This document shows, one piece after another, positions 48,674-58,429 of a DNA stretch of 64,000 nt. Both the position numbers and the translations under genes were made by a program. The notes beneath the pieces were generated by a model. That model had not been told where the DNA came from and did not search any database. It saw nothing but the letters and a program-made list of their open reading frames with translations. Numbering within the stretch: position 1 is the stretch's first letter; the number at the start of each line of letters is the position of its first letter. This DNA is from Candidatus Anderseniibacteriota bacterium (GTDB lineage: Bacteria > Patescibacteriota > Andersenbacteria > UBA10190): positions 6,305-70,304 of the forward strand of contig JACPWO010000004.1 of assembly GCA_016197005.1 (NCBI GenBank), in the 5' to 3' direction.

Positions 48674-49705
48674 ATGAATATTCGGCTGGCGCAGGAACAT
48701 GATAAGGAAAAGTGGAATCAGTTTGTCTTTCGTGTACCAACTGGGTCCGTTTTACAGTCGTGGCAATGGGGGCAAATGCAGGAGTTACTGGGAACTTCAC
48801 ATTGGCGATATGTTATGGAAGATGGTGGGACTATTGTTGGTGTTTTTTTAGCAATACAGCGTGAGCTACCTTTGGGAAGAAGTTGGTTGTATGTGCCGCG
48901 AGGACCGGTCATGCAAGCATATGAAGAAAGGAACTGGCCCGCTGTCCAGGATGTACTGACAGAGCTGGCGAAGAAAGAGAAAGCTATTTTTGTGCGTATT
49001 GATCCTTTCCTCGAAGAAAGCCAAAAGCCCTTTTTCTTAAAAAATACGTCAGAAAAATCCTTGTGGCGCAAAAGCGAGCGAGAAGTACAGCCTCGCCATA
49101 CCCTCATTCTTTCTCTTCAGCCAACTGAAGAAGAGCTGCTGGCGCAAATGCACTCCAAGACTCGCTATAATATCCGTTTGGCACAGCGCAAAGAGGTACA
49201 AATCCGCTTTTCTACCTCACTGAACGATATTGATCTGTTTTTGCAGCTTGCTCAAGAAGTTACCAAGCGAACAGGCTTTCATTACCATCCAGATAACTAT
49301 TACCGCGCGATGCTCTCCGTCTTAGTTCCGGATGGAATGTTCGAAGTGGCAATAGCCGAGTACAAAGAACAGCCAGTAGCTGTCCACTTAATGTCGTACG
49401 CTGGAAAGACTGCAACGTACATTCACGGGGCAAGTTCCCACGCTCATCGTTCAACGATGGCGCCGCAATTGTTGTACTGGGAAACAATTCGTCGCGCGAA
49501 ATCTAAGGGAATGGAGTTGTATGATTTCTTTGGGGTCGCTCCACAAGATGCATCAGCAGATCATCCTTGGTCAGGTATTACGCGCGTGAAGCAAGGTTTT
49601 GGTGGAACGTATGAGTCATACATTGGTGCGTACGACTTTATTGTTAGTGACAATATGTATGAACTGTTTAATACTACTCGGCGCGTGTGGGGATTATTCC
49701 GATAA
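48674..49705 (+). CDS. FemAB-family peptidoglycan interpeptide-bridge aminoacyltransferase
   Basis: 343 aa, the size of a double GNAT-like fold. The N-terminus reads MNIRLAQEHDKEKWNQFV. The protein has FemAB-type sequence composition. It lies next to Mur ligase and murB. Confidence 0.55.
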   Translation: MNIRLAQEHDKEKWNQFVFRVPTGSVLQSWQWGQMQELLGTSHWRYVMEDGGTIVGVFLAIQRELPLGRSWLYVPRGPVMQAYEERNWPAVQDVLTELAKKEKAIFVRIDPFLEESQKPFFLKNTSEKSLWRKSEREVQPRHTLILSLQPTEEELLAQMHSKTRYNIRLAQRKEVQIRFSTSLNDIDLFLQLAQEVTKRTGFHYHPDNYYRAMLSVLVPDGMFEVAIAEYKEQPVAVHLMSYAGKTATYIHGASSHAHRSTMAPQLLYWETIRRAKSKGMELYDFFGVAPQDASADHPWSGITRVKQGFGGTYESYIGAYDFIVSDNMYELFNTTRRVWGLFR

Positions 49706-49711
49706 ACATAT

Positions 49712-50914
49712 ATGTTTGGACGACTCTACCAACAATTAAAAAACATCTACCATTTTTTTCAGGCTCATCTTTGGCGAACTGTGTATGGTCGTCCAGATAA
49801 GGCATTGCACCTCTACGGTGTAACCGGTACAAACGGGAAAACAACTACCTGCCATATGGTCGCCGGTATTCTGGCTGCTGAATATGGAGCAGAGAAGGTG
49901 GGAATGCTTACCACTATTAATGTGCGGCTCGGTACAACAGAAAATGTAAACGAAACAAAACTAACTACCTTACCGAGTAAGCTCGTATATTCTTACCTGA
50001 GACAAATGAAAGATGCTGGTCTTACCCACGCCGTCCTCGAGATGACTTCCCACGCCCTTGATCAGCATCGTCTAGCAGGCCTGCAGCTTGATGGGGCGAT
50101 TATTACTAATATTGAGCGCGAGCATCTGAATTATCATCGAACAATGGAAGAATATACGAGGACAAAATTACGCATAACTGGCTATCTAAAGCCGAAATCT
50201 CCTTTTGTATACAAAAGTGATGATGAGTGGATCGCAAAAGGAATCTCCTCTTTACTTGGTCTCAAAGACCGTCTTCGTTTCATTCCGTTTACCACCGCTG
50301 AAGCTAAGGAAGTTACAACCCCAATGGCAGGGAGCGTAAATCAAGAAAATGCACTTTCCGCTAGTAAGCTTGCGGCGGCACTTGGTGTTTCTTCTTCAGT
50401 AATACAGCGTGGCATAGGAACCGTCCGTTACGTCCCGGGGCGAATGGAAGAAGTAAAAAATAATCGGGGACTGCGAATAATTATTGACTATGCAGTTACG
50501 CCAGCAGCGCTTGATCGCTTGTATCACGATGCAAAAGGAAAAACATCGGGCAAAGTTTTTGCATTGCTTGGCGCGGCGGGGCTACGTGATCGTGGTAAGC
50601 GCGCGGATATGGCAAAAATAGTTGCTTCCTACACTGACCTCCTCGTTATTACTCGCGAAGATCCGTGGACAGAGCCGGAAGAACAAATATTCCAGGATTT
50701 AGAAAAAGGATTACAAGATACCAAAACAAAATGGCAACGAATTATTGATCGTCGCGCGGCGATTGAATTTTTGTTAGCGCAAGCTCACAGTGGTGACACA
50801 GTTGTGGTAACCGGAAAAGGTGCGGAGACAGGGATGGGCGTGGGAAAAGATATAATTCCGTGGAGTGATAAGAAAATAATTCAAGAAAGTTTACAAAAAC
50901 TATATGACGGATAA
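49712..50914 (+). CDS. Mur ligase family protein (MurE/MurF-like, short form)
   Basis: The ATP-binding segment is GVTGTNGKTTT. The C-terminal ligase domain reads DTVVVTGKGAETG. Confidence 0.6.
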   Translation: MFGRLYQQLKNIYHFFQAHLWRTVYGRPDKALHLYGVTGTNGKTTTCHMVAGILAAEYGAEKVGMLTTINVRLGTTENVNETKLTTLPSKLVYSYLRQMKDAGLTHAVLEMTSHALDQHRLAGLQLDGAIITNIEREHLNYHRTMEEYTRTKLRITGYLKPKSPFVYKSDDEWIAKGISSLLGLKDRLRFIPFTTAEAKEVTTPMAGSVNQENALSASKLAAALGVSSSVIQRGIGTVRYVPGRMEEVKNNRGLRIIIDYAVTPAALDRLYHDAKGKTSGKVFALLGAAGLRDRGKRADMAKIVASYTDLLVITREDPWTEPEEQIFQDLEKGLQDTKTKWQRIIDRRAAIEFLLAQAHSGDTVVVTGKGAETGMGVGKDIIPWSDKKIIQESLQKLYDG

Positions 50915-51191
50915 GATAACGCTCAAGATTAATACCGCCACCGGAGAAGCTACTGCTACCCTCCTTCGTGGGACAAATGTTTTAGCTGAGCGAACTTGGC
51001 CGAATGATGCCCATACCGGTTCAAAGCTATTGGAGGCAATTGAGCAGTTGCTGACCAGCCAAAACCTAACCTTGGAAGCGGTAGATGTAATAGAGGTACA
51101 CCGAGGGCCCGGGGGTTTTTCGTCGCTGCGGGCAGGGATTGTGACAGCTGAAATACTTCGTTTCGCCTTAAATACTGAAGGTTCGAGGTAA
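50904..51191 (+). CDS. tsaB: TsaB/YeaZ-like N-terminal domain protein (truncated partner of tRNA t6A synthesis)
   Basis: The protein is 95 aa and reads ITLKINTATGEATATLLRGTNVLAERTW...IEVHRGPGGFSSLRAGIVTAEIL, matching the TsaB N-terminal ASKHA half. The C-terminal domain is absent. Confidence 0.5.
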   Translation: MTDKITLKINTATGEATATLLRGTNVLAERTWPNDAHTGSKLLEAIEQLLTSQNLTLEAVDVIEVHRGPGGFSSLRAGIVTAEILRFALNTEGSR

Positions 51192-51403
51192 AAAAGGGGT
51201 ACTAATGTGGAAAACTAATCTTGAATTTTGCCAAATCCGCTTGACAAGATTAGACCCCTCTTCTAAGCTTCCTATTATCGTCTTTTGACGAGTAGGAACT
51301 GTGTGCATCAATCAATTTGACTGAAAAAGGAGTAGACCGGATAGCCAGAGGGAGCTAGCCGGGCGTTGTTTTGTAAATTACGCAAATATTTTTTTATTTA
51401 TAT

Positions 51404-54400
51404 ATGCCCCAACTACCCGAGGTAAAAACTGTTCAATTTAATCCTCGACGTACGCGTCACACTTTTTCCGAAGGTGCGCGAGTATCTCACGACTTGCCTC
51501 ACTTACTCCAGGCACAGCTCGACTCAAATGGATGGTTTTTTGAATTCGGTCTCAATGAATTATTTGAAGAAATTTCTCCGATTACCGATTACAGTGGCAA
51601 TTTAGAATTACATTTTGTTGATCATTATTTAGATGCTCCGAAACACACGGAAGAAACTGCTCGTCAGCGCAACGCAACTTTTGAGGCTCCACTGCGCAGC
51701 GCTGTTCGTCTGGTAAATAAAAAAACCGGTGAAGTAAAAGAACAAGAAGTGTATCTGGGTGAATTCCCAGTCATGACTGCTCGTGGCACGTTTATTATTA
51801 ACGGTGTTGAACGAGTTATCGTTTCCCAGCTCATTCGTTCAGCTGGAGTTTTCTTTTCTAGCGCTACTGCTAAAGGTCGCCGTTGGTATGGAGCAAAAAT
51901 TATTCCAAATCGTGGAGCGTGGCTTGAATTTGAAACTGCGCCTGACCGCGCCCTATATGTAAAGATTGATCGCAAGCGTAAAGTAGCGGTGACTTCTTTG
52001 CTGCGCGCTGTTGGTATTGAAAAAGATGAAGAAATTCGAAAACTCTTCAAAGATGTTGATACTGACAAAGCCGGTTCATACATTGAAGCTACGTTGGCTA
52101 AAGATGTGTCGAAGAACCAGGCTCAGGGCCTAAAAGAGATCTACAAGCGTCTGCGTCCTGGAGACCTCGCTACGGCAGATAACGCCCGCCAGATGGTCCA
52201 TGACATGTTCTTCCGTTTTGATCGTTATGACTTAGGCCGAGTAGGACGTCATCGCATGAGTCAGCGTCTATCTCTTGATACACCAGAGGATCGTGAACAT
52301 CGCACCTTTCAGGTTGGAGATTTTGTTGCGGTTATTCGAGAAATTATTCGTCTCAACGTTACTCAGGACCCAGCTGATGATATTGATCACTTAGGTAATC
52401 GCCGCGTTCGCGCTATTGGTGAATTACTCCAAAACAAATTCCGCGTTGGGCTGATGCGTATGGAGCGTATTGCGAAGGACCGTATGAGCACACTCGAGCC
52501 GGAGCAAATGACGCCCTCTCAGCTTATTAATGCTCGTCCAATCATTGCCGCGATTAAAGAGTTCTATACCAGTTCCCAGTTGTCCCAGTTCATGGATCAG
52601 ACGAACTTACTGTCAGAAATTGAACACAAGCGTCGTGTCTCAGCCATGGGTCCTGGTGGTCTCGATCGTAATCGAGCCGGATTCGAAGTTCGTGACGTTC
52701 ACCGATCACATTATGGTCGTGTCTGTCCGGTACAAACACCTGAAGGACCAAACATTGGATTAGTTGGACACATGGCGTCATTTGCTCGTCTCAATTCCTA
52801 TGGATTCTTAGAAACCCCATACCGAAAAGTAAAGAATGGGAAGATGACTGACGACATTGAATATCTCGATGCCTACCAAGAAGACAAAGCAATTATTGCT
52901 CAGGCCAGTGAACCGCTCACCAAAAATGGAACATTCGTAAATGAACGAGTAGAGGCTCGTGGTATTGATGGTCAATTCGTAGAAGTTCCAGCCAATGAGA
53001 TTATGTATATCGACGTTGCCCCATATCAAGAACTGTCACTCGCAGCTGGCCTTATTCCATTCGTTGAACACGATGATGCTCAGCGCGCACTCATGGGATC
53101 AAACATGCAACGCCAAGCTGTGCCTTCCGTTCGTCCACAAGCACCACGGGTAGGAACCGGACTTGAATCAGTGGCCGCTGCTAACTCTGGTCAGGTTGTC
53201 TTAAGTGATGCTGATGGAGAGGCAACCGAGGTTGATGGACGACACATTACTATTACAACGAAAGATGACAAGAAACACATTTATAATCTCCAGACCTTCC
53301 TACGAAGCAATCACTCAACTGCGCTTATCCAACGTCCTATTGTTAACCTAGGAGATACGGTAAAGAAAGGCGATATATTGGCAGATTGTGCGAGCACTGA
53401 ACAAGGAGAAATTGCTTTGGGTCAAAATCTATTAGTAGCCTTTACTCCTTGGTACGGCAACAACTTTGAAGATGCTATCGTCGTATCTGAGCGTATTGTC
53501 CGTGATGATCGTTTCAGCTCAGTTCACATTGAAGACTTTATCGTTGATGTTCGAGATACCAAGCTCGGACCAGAAGCAGTCACTCGAGATATTCCAAACG
53601 TCAGTGAAGAAAAACTGCGTAATTTGGGTGATGATGGTATTGTTCGCGTCGGTGCCGAAGTTCGCTCTGGCGATATCTTGGTTGGTAAAGTAACCAATAA
53701 AGGTGAAACTGATCTCACTCCAGAAGAACGACTGTTGCGCGCAATTTTCGGCGAGAAAGCAAAGGATGTTAAAGATACTTCTCTCTACTTACAACACGGT
53801 GAAATGGGTAAGGTCGTTGATGTTAAAACGTTTTCTCGAGAAGAAGGCGATCGTCTGCCTTCCGGTGTTATTAAACAGGTACAAGTAAGCATTGCTCAGT
53901 TCCGTAACCTCCAGGTAGGAGATAAGCTCGCTGGTCGACACGGTAATAAGGGTGTTATTGCCAAGATTGTTCGTGAAGAAGACATGCCATACCTAGCTGA
54001 TGGTCGACCGGTTGATGTGGTTCTTAATCCTCTCGGTGTTGTCAGTCGTATGAACATTGGTCAAATTCTCGAGACCCACCTAGGCTGGGCAGCTGACAAG
54101 CTAGATATTTACACGGCTTCCCCGGCGTTTGCTGGTATGCCAGAAGGTGCTATTCAAGAACAACTTAAGAAAGCTGGTTTACCTGAAAATGGAAAAATAG
54201 ATATGTATGACGGCTTAACCGGAGCGAAACTGGATCGTCCAGTTACCGTTGGTGTTATGTATATTCTCAAACTGCACCACATGGTTGAAGACAAGATTCA
54301 TATGCGTTCAACTGGTCCGTACTCTCTCGTTACTCAGCAACCGCTTGGAGGTAAAGCCCAGTTTGGTGGTCAGCGTTTTGGAGAAATGGAAGTATGGGCT

Positions 54401-54682
54401 CTCGAAGCGTACGGTGCCGCTCATACCTTACAAGAAATTTTGACGGTAAAGTCTGATGACGTCGGTGGACGTAGTAAGACATACGAGACGATCGTGAAGA
54501 ACGGTATTATCCAGCCACCGCATACTCCCGCTGCCTTTGATGTGCTCGTGAATGAAATGAAAGGCTTGGGACTTGATGTTGAAATGTTACTTGGCCCGGA
54601 AGCGGAGCCAAAGCAAGACGCGGCGACGGCGGAAAAATCAGAATCAGCGGAAATAAAGAAAGAGATAACAGTTCGTCCGTAA
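51404..54682 (+). CDS. rpoB: DNA-directed RNA polymerase subunit beta
   Basis: 1092 aa. Conserved Rpb2 motifs are present (GDKLAGRHGNKGV, MVEDKIHMRSTGPYSLVTQQPLGGKAQFGGQRFGEMEVWALEAYGAA). Confidence 0.97.
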   Translation: MPQLPEVKTVQFNPRRTRHTFSEGARVSHDLPHLLQAQLDSNGWFFEFGLNELFEEISPITDYSGNLELHFVDHYLDAPKHTEETARQRNATFEAPLRSAVRLVNKKTGEVKEQEVYLGEFPVMTARGTFIINGVERVIVSQLIRSAGVFFSSATAKGRRWYGAKIIPNRGAWLEFETAPDRALYVKIDRKRKVAVTSLLRAVGIEKDEEIRKLFKDVDTDKAGSYIEATLAKDVSKNQAQGLKEIYKRLRPGDLATADNARQMVHDMFFRFDRYDLGRVGRHRMSQRLSLDTPEDREHRTFQVGDFVAVIREIIRLNVTQDPADDIDHLGNRRVRAIGELLQNKFRVGLMRMERIAKDRMSTLEPEQMTPSQLINARPIIAAIKEFYTSSQLSQFMDQTNLLSEIEHKRRVSAMGPGGLDRNRAGFEVRDVHRSHYGRVCPVQTPEGPNIGLVGHMASFARLNSYGFLETPYRKVKNGKMTDDIEYLDAYQEDKAIIAQASEPLTKNGTFVNERVEARGIDGQFVEVPANEIMYIDVAPYQELSLAAGLIPFVEHDDAQRALMGSNMQRQAVPSVRPQAPRVGTGLESVAAANSGQVVLSDADGEATEVDGRHITITTKDDKKHIYNLQTFLRSNHSTALIQRPIVNLGDTVKKGDILADCASTEQGEIALGQNLLVAFTPWYGNNFEDAIVVSERIVRDDRFSSVHIEDFIVDVRDTKLGPEAVTRDIPNVSEEKLRNLGDDGIVRVGAEVRSGDILVGKVTNKGETDLTPEERLLRAIFGEKAKDVKDTSLYLQHGEMGKVVDVKTFSREEGDRLPSGVIKQVQVSIAQFRNLQVGDKLAGRHGNKGVIAKIVREEDMPYLADGRPVDVVLNPLGVVSRMNIGQILETHLGWAADKLDIYTASPAFAGMPEGAIQEQLKKAGLPENGKIDMYDGLTGAKLDRPVTVGVMYILKLHHMVEDKIHMRSTGPYSLVTQQPLGGKAQFGGQRFGEMEVWALEAYGAAHTLQEILTVKSDDVGGRSKTYETIVKNGIIQPPHTPAAFDVLVNEMKGLGLDVEMLLGPEAEPKQDAATAEKSESAEIKKEITVRP

Positions 54683-54691
54683 ACAACTCTT

Positions 54692-57600
54692 ATGGCCTTT
54701 GATCACCAAATAGAAAGAAAACCTACCTTCCAATCGATTCGGCTTCGCTTAGCGTCTCCGGAAACAATTTTAGATTGGTCACACGGAGAAATTACCAAGC
54801 CGGAGACGATTAATTATCGCACCCAAAAACCAGAAAAAGATGGTTTGTTCGACGAACGTATCTTTGGTCCAACCAAAGATTGGGAATGTTACTGCGGTAA
54901 GTATCGCCGGATTCGATATAAAGGAATTGTCTGTGACAAGTGCGGCGTTGAGGTAACACGTTCGGCTGTTCGTCGTGAGCGCATGGCTCATATTAATCTC
55001 GCCACACCTGTTTCTCATATCTGGTTTCTGCGCGGTGTGCCATCAAAGATGGGACTTCTGCTCGATATTAATGTCAGTCAACTGGAGAAAGTTATCTATT
55101 TTGCTTCATACATAGTAACGGCTGTTGACGCGGCCGCTAAACAGGAAGTACTGGATCGTATTCATCGTGAAGGAGAATCGAAGAAATCAGCCATTAAACA
55201 AGGGTACAAACAGCTGCGCTCGAAGTTACCAAAAGATGCCAAAGATCGGGACGCGCGCAAAGAAAAACTAAAGAAAGAAGAAGGACAGGAAGTAGATAAG
55301 CTTGATGCAGCGCTAACGATTGCTCGTGATCAAGTTGAGCGTTTGGCTCCCTATCTCATTATTTCTGAAGTTGAATATCGTGACTTGTCTCTCAAGTATG
55401 GACACGTCTTTAAGGCTAGTATTGGCGCCGAAGCTATCCGCGGCATTTTTGAGAAAATGGATTTGGACAAGATGGCCATTGATATGGAAAAGGAAGCAAG
55501 GGAAGCCTCAACTGCTAAGCGTAAACGTCTGATGCGTCGCCTCGCTCTCATTCGTAGTTTGCAGCGAGCACAACTCCGTCCCGAATGGATGCTCTTAACA
55601 CAGCTACCAGTTATTCCACCGGATTTACGTCCAATGGTGCAGCTGGATGGTGGACGATTTGCTGCTTCTGATTTAAATGATTTATACCGTCGCGTTATTA
55701 ACCGTAACAACCGCTTGAAGCGTTTGCTCGAACTTGGTGCGCCAGAAATTATTACTCGCAACGAGAAGCGTATGTTGCAAGAAGCAGTTGATGCTCTGAT
55801 TGATAACTCGGCTCGTCGTGGTTCAACTACTATTAGTACAACCGGTCAGCGCCGTCAGCTTAAATCTTTGGCTGACATGCTTAAAGGTAAACAAGGACGA
55901 TTCCGTCAGAACCTACTTGGTAAACGTGTCGATTACTCCGGTCGTTCCGTTATTGTGGTTGGTCCAGAATTGCAGCTGCATCAGTGTGGACTCCCAAAGA
56001 TTATGGCTTTGGAACTCTTTAAGCCATTCGTTATTAGCAAATTAATTGAACGAGAATTGGCTCACAACATTCGCTCGGCTTCTCGTTTGATTGAGCAAGG
56101 TATTCCAGCCGTGTGGGATGCGCTCGAAGATGTTACTCGTGCTCATAAGGTACTGCTCAACCGTGCACCAACGCTCCACCGTCTTGGTATTCAAGCGTTC
56201 CAGCCAATTTTGATTGAAGGCAAAGCTATTCAGATTCACCCAATGGTTACACCACCCTTTAACGCTGACTTCGACGGTGACCAAATGGCCGTACACGTAC
56301 CGCTTTCTGATAAAGCTCGTTTCGAGGCCGATGAAATTATGTTGTCTTCGCACAACCTTCTAAAGCCATCTGATGGTCAGCCAGCTACATCGGCAACCCA
56401 AGATATCGTATTAGGTTTGTATTATATTACCAGCGTAGAAGAAGGAGCTAAGGGAGAGGGACGTGCCTTTACTGGACTGGATGAGGCAACGATGAGTTAC
56501 CAGTTAGCGCAAGTTGCTATTAACGCTAAGGTCAAAGTTCCTAATCCAGCCAAGGGCAGTGAAATTGTTGAGACCACTATTGGACGACTCATGTTCCATG
56601 CCATCCACCCTGATCAAGAAACCTTCATTAATGATGTCTTGGATAAGAGCAGACTGAAGAAAATTATTGGACGAGTGCTCACCATTTACGGTCAAGAGCG
56701 TTGCGCAAAATTCCTCGACGACATGAAGAACTTAGGATTTGCTCACGCGACGTGGAGCGGTATGTCATGGGGTAGCAGCGATTTAGCAACACCAGAAGAT
56801 AAGCACAAAGTACTGGAAGAAGCAGAAGGTAAGGTTACCCGCATTCGTGAACAGTACGAAGAAGGTTTACTGACGGAAGATGAGCGGTACCGTATGGTGG
56901 TCGGCGTGTGGGAAAGTGCTCGTGAACAAATGGGTGAGCTGACGAAGAAAGCGCTTGATCCAAAAGGTAGTATCTATGCCATGGTAGCCTCTGGTGCTCG
57001 TGGATCATGGACACAAACTTTGCAGATGGTTGGTATGAAAGGTACTGTCGCTGGCCCAACCGGTCGAGCCGTTGAATTACCGATTAAGAGCAGTTTTAAA
57101 GAAGGATTTAACGCTCTGGAATACTTCTTGTCTACTCACGGAACTCGTAAGGGTATGGCCGATACCGCGCTGCGTACTGCTACTGCCGGTTACCTTACCC
57201 GCCGTCTTGTAAACGTTGCTCAAGATATTGTGGTGCACGAAGAAGACTGTGGGGATAAAGAAGGCAGCACACTGAACGCAGCTGACAGCGAAGAGATTGG
57301 TGTAACGCTGGGGAAACGAGTACTCGGTCGTATATTGGCTACTGGTTTGAAGCACCCTCGCACTGACAAATTGCTATACAAGCGCGGTACGCTGATTGAT
57401 CAGGAAATCGCTGATAAGATTGATAAACTGGAAATTTCTGAAGTTACGATTCGTTCGGTAGTAACGTGCGGTGCTCGCTTCGGTATTTGTCAGACATGTT
57501 ATGGCTGGGATTTGGGTAGTAACGCTATGGTAAAGATTGGTGAAGCTGTTGGTGTCGTTGCCGCTCAAGCTATCGGTGAACCTGGAACTCAGCTGACCAT

Positions 57601-58348
57601 GCGTACCTTCCATTCTGGAGGTGTTGCCGGTGAAGACATCACTCAAGGATTGCCTCGTGTTGAAGAATTGTTTGAAGCTCGTATTCCAAAGGGTGAAGCG
57701 ATCATGTCAGAAATCGATGGAAAGGTTTCCATTAAAGAATCCAAAGAAGAAATTTCTATCGTTGTTACAAATAGTAAAGAAGAAAAGGCATATTCTGCTC
57801 CGGCTAACGCTACGCTTTTGGTAAAGAATAATGCGAAGGTTATGGCTGGGGAGCAGTTGACGGAAGGACACTTGAACGTACAGGATCTGTATCGAGCTGC
57901 TGGTGCTCGCGCCGTTCAGCGCTATATTCTTCGTGAAGTACAGCAAGTGTATGCCATTCAGGGTGAAACAATTAACGACAAGCACTTAGAGACGATTGTT
58001 CGTCGTATGCTTTCTTCTGTTCGTGTAGAAGAGCCAGGTGATACAGAACTTATTCCCGGTCGAGTTGTTGAATTAACTGAATTTGAAGCAGCCAACGAAA
58101 AGGTGAAAGCCGCTGGTAAACAAGAAGCTACTGGTGACCGTCTCCTGCTGGGTATCACGAAAGTCTCTCTTTCTACAGACAGCTTCCTTGCCGCCGCTTC
58201 CTTTATGGAAACCGCTCGTGTTCTTATCGATGCTGCTGTTACAGGTCGAGCTGATACTCTCCGTGGTCTCAAGGAAAACGTTATCATTGGTCGTCTCATT
58301 CCAGCCGGTACCGGCTATCGCAAACCAGGCGCGCTCTATTCAATCTAA
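54692..58348 (+). CDS. rpoC: DNA-directed RNA polymerase subunit beta'
   Basis: 1218 aa. Zn-binding cysteines are present (CYCGKYRRIRYKGIVCDKCG). The catalytic NADFDGDQM motif is present. Confidence 0.97.
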   Translation: MAFDHQIERKPTFQSIRLRLASPETILDWSHGEITKPETINYRTQKPEKDGLFDERIFGPTKDWECYCGKYRRIRYKGIVCDKCGVEVTRSAVRRERMAHINLATPVSHIWFLRGVPSKMGLLLDINVSQLEKVIYFASYIVTAVDAAAKQEVLDRIHREGESKKSAIKQGYKQLRSKLPKDAKDRDARKEKLKKEEGQEVDKLDAALTIARDQVERLAPYLIISEVEYRDLSLKYGHVFKASIGAEAIRGIFEKMDLDKMAIDMEKEAREASTAKRKRLMRRLALIRSLQRAQLRPEWMLLTQLPVIPPDLRPMVQLDGGRFAASDLNDLYRRVINRNNRLKRLLELGAPEIITRNEKRMLQEAVDALIDNSARRGSTTISTTGQRRQLKSLADMLKGKQGRFRQNLLGKRVDYSGRSVIVVGPELQLHQCGLPKIMALELFKPFVISKLIERELAHNIRSASRLIEQGIPAVWDALEDVTRAHKVLLNRAPTLHRLGIQAFQPILIEGKAIQIHPMVTPPFNADFDGDQMAVHVPLSDKARFEADEIMLSSHNLLKPSDGQPATSATQDIVLGLYYITSVEEGAKGEGRAFTGLDEATMSYQLAQVAINAKVKVPNPAKGSEIVETTIGRLMFHAIHPDQETFINDVLDKSRLKKIIGRVLTIYGQERCAKFLDDMKNLGFAHATWSGMSWGSSDLATPEDKHKVLEEAEGKVTRIREQYEEGLLTEDERYRMVVGVWESAREQMGELTKKALDPKGSIYAMVASGARGSWTQTLQMVGMKGTVAGPTGRAVELPIKSSFKEGFNALEYFLSTHGTRKGMADTALRTATAGYLTRRLVNVAQDIVVHEEDCGDKEGSTLNAADSEEIGVTLGKRVLGRILATGLKHPRTDKLLYKRGTLIDQEIADKIDKLEISEVTIRSVVTCGARFGICQTCYGWDLGSNAMVKIGEAVGVVAAQAIGEPGTQLTMRTFHSGGVAGEDITQGLPRVEELFEARIPKGEAIMSEIDGKVSIKESKEEISIVVTNSKEEKAYSAPANATLLVKNNAKVMAGEQLTEGHLNVQDLYRAAGARAVQRYILREVQQVYAIQGETINDKHLETIVRRMLSSVRVEEPGDTELIPGRVVELTEFEAANEKVKAAGKQEATGDRLLLGITKVSLSTDSFLAAASFMETARVLIDAAVTGRADTLRGLKENVIIGRLIPAGTGYRKPGALYSI

Positions 58349-58429
58349 AGCGAAAGTGGTCGAAGGGAGCTAAAAGTCCCAAACAGGTGGGTTTTACGCA
58401 TTTGGCTGTGGGCTTTACACTTACGTAAT

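Noticed and set aside
51192-51403. Possible promoter or attenuator structure upstream of rpoB (TTGACA ... TATTAT with a 26-nt spacer; partial inverted repeat GCTTGACAAG/CTTCTAAGC)
   Set aside because: The hexamer spacing is non-canonical and the inverted repeat is imperfect. There is not enough signal to call a feature.
58349-58429. Weak hairpin GGGAGCTAAAAGTCCC after rpoC as a terminator
   Set aside because: The stem is only 4 bp and no U-tract follows.
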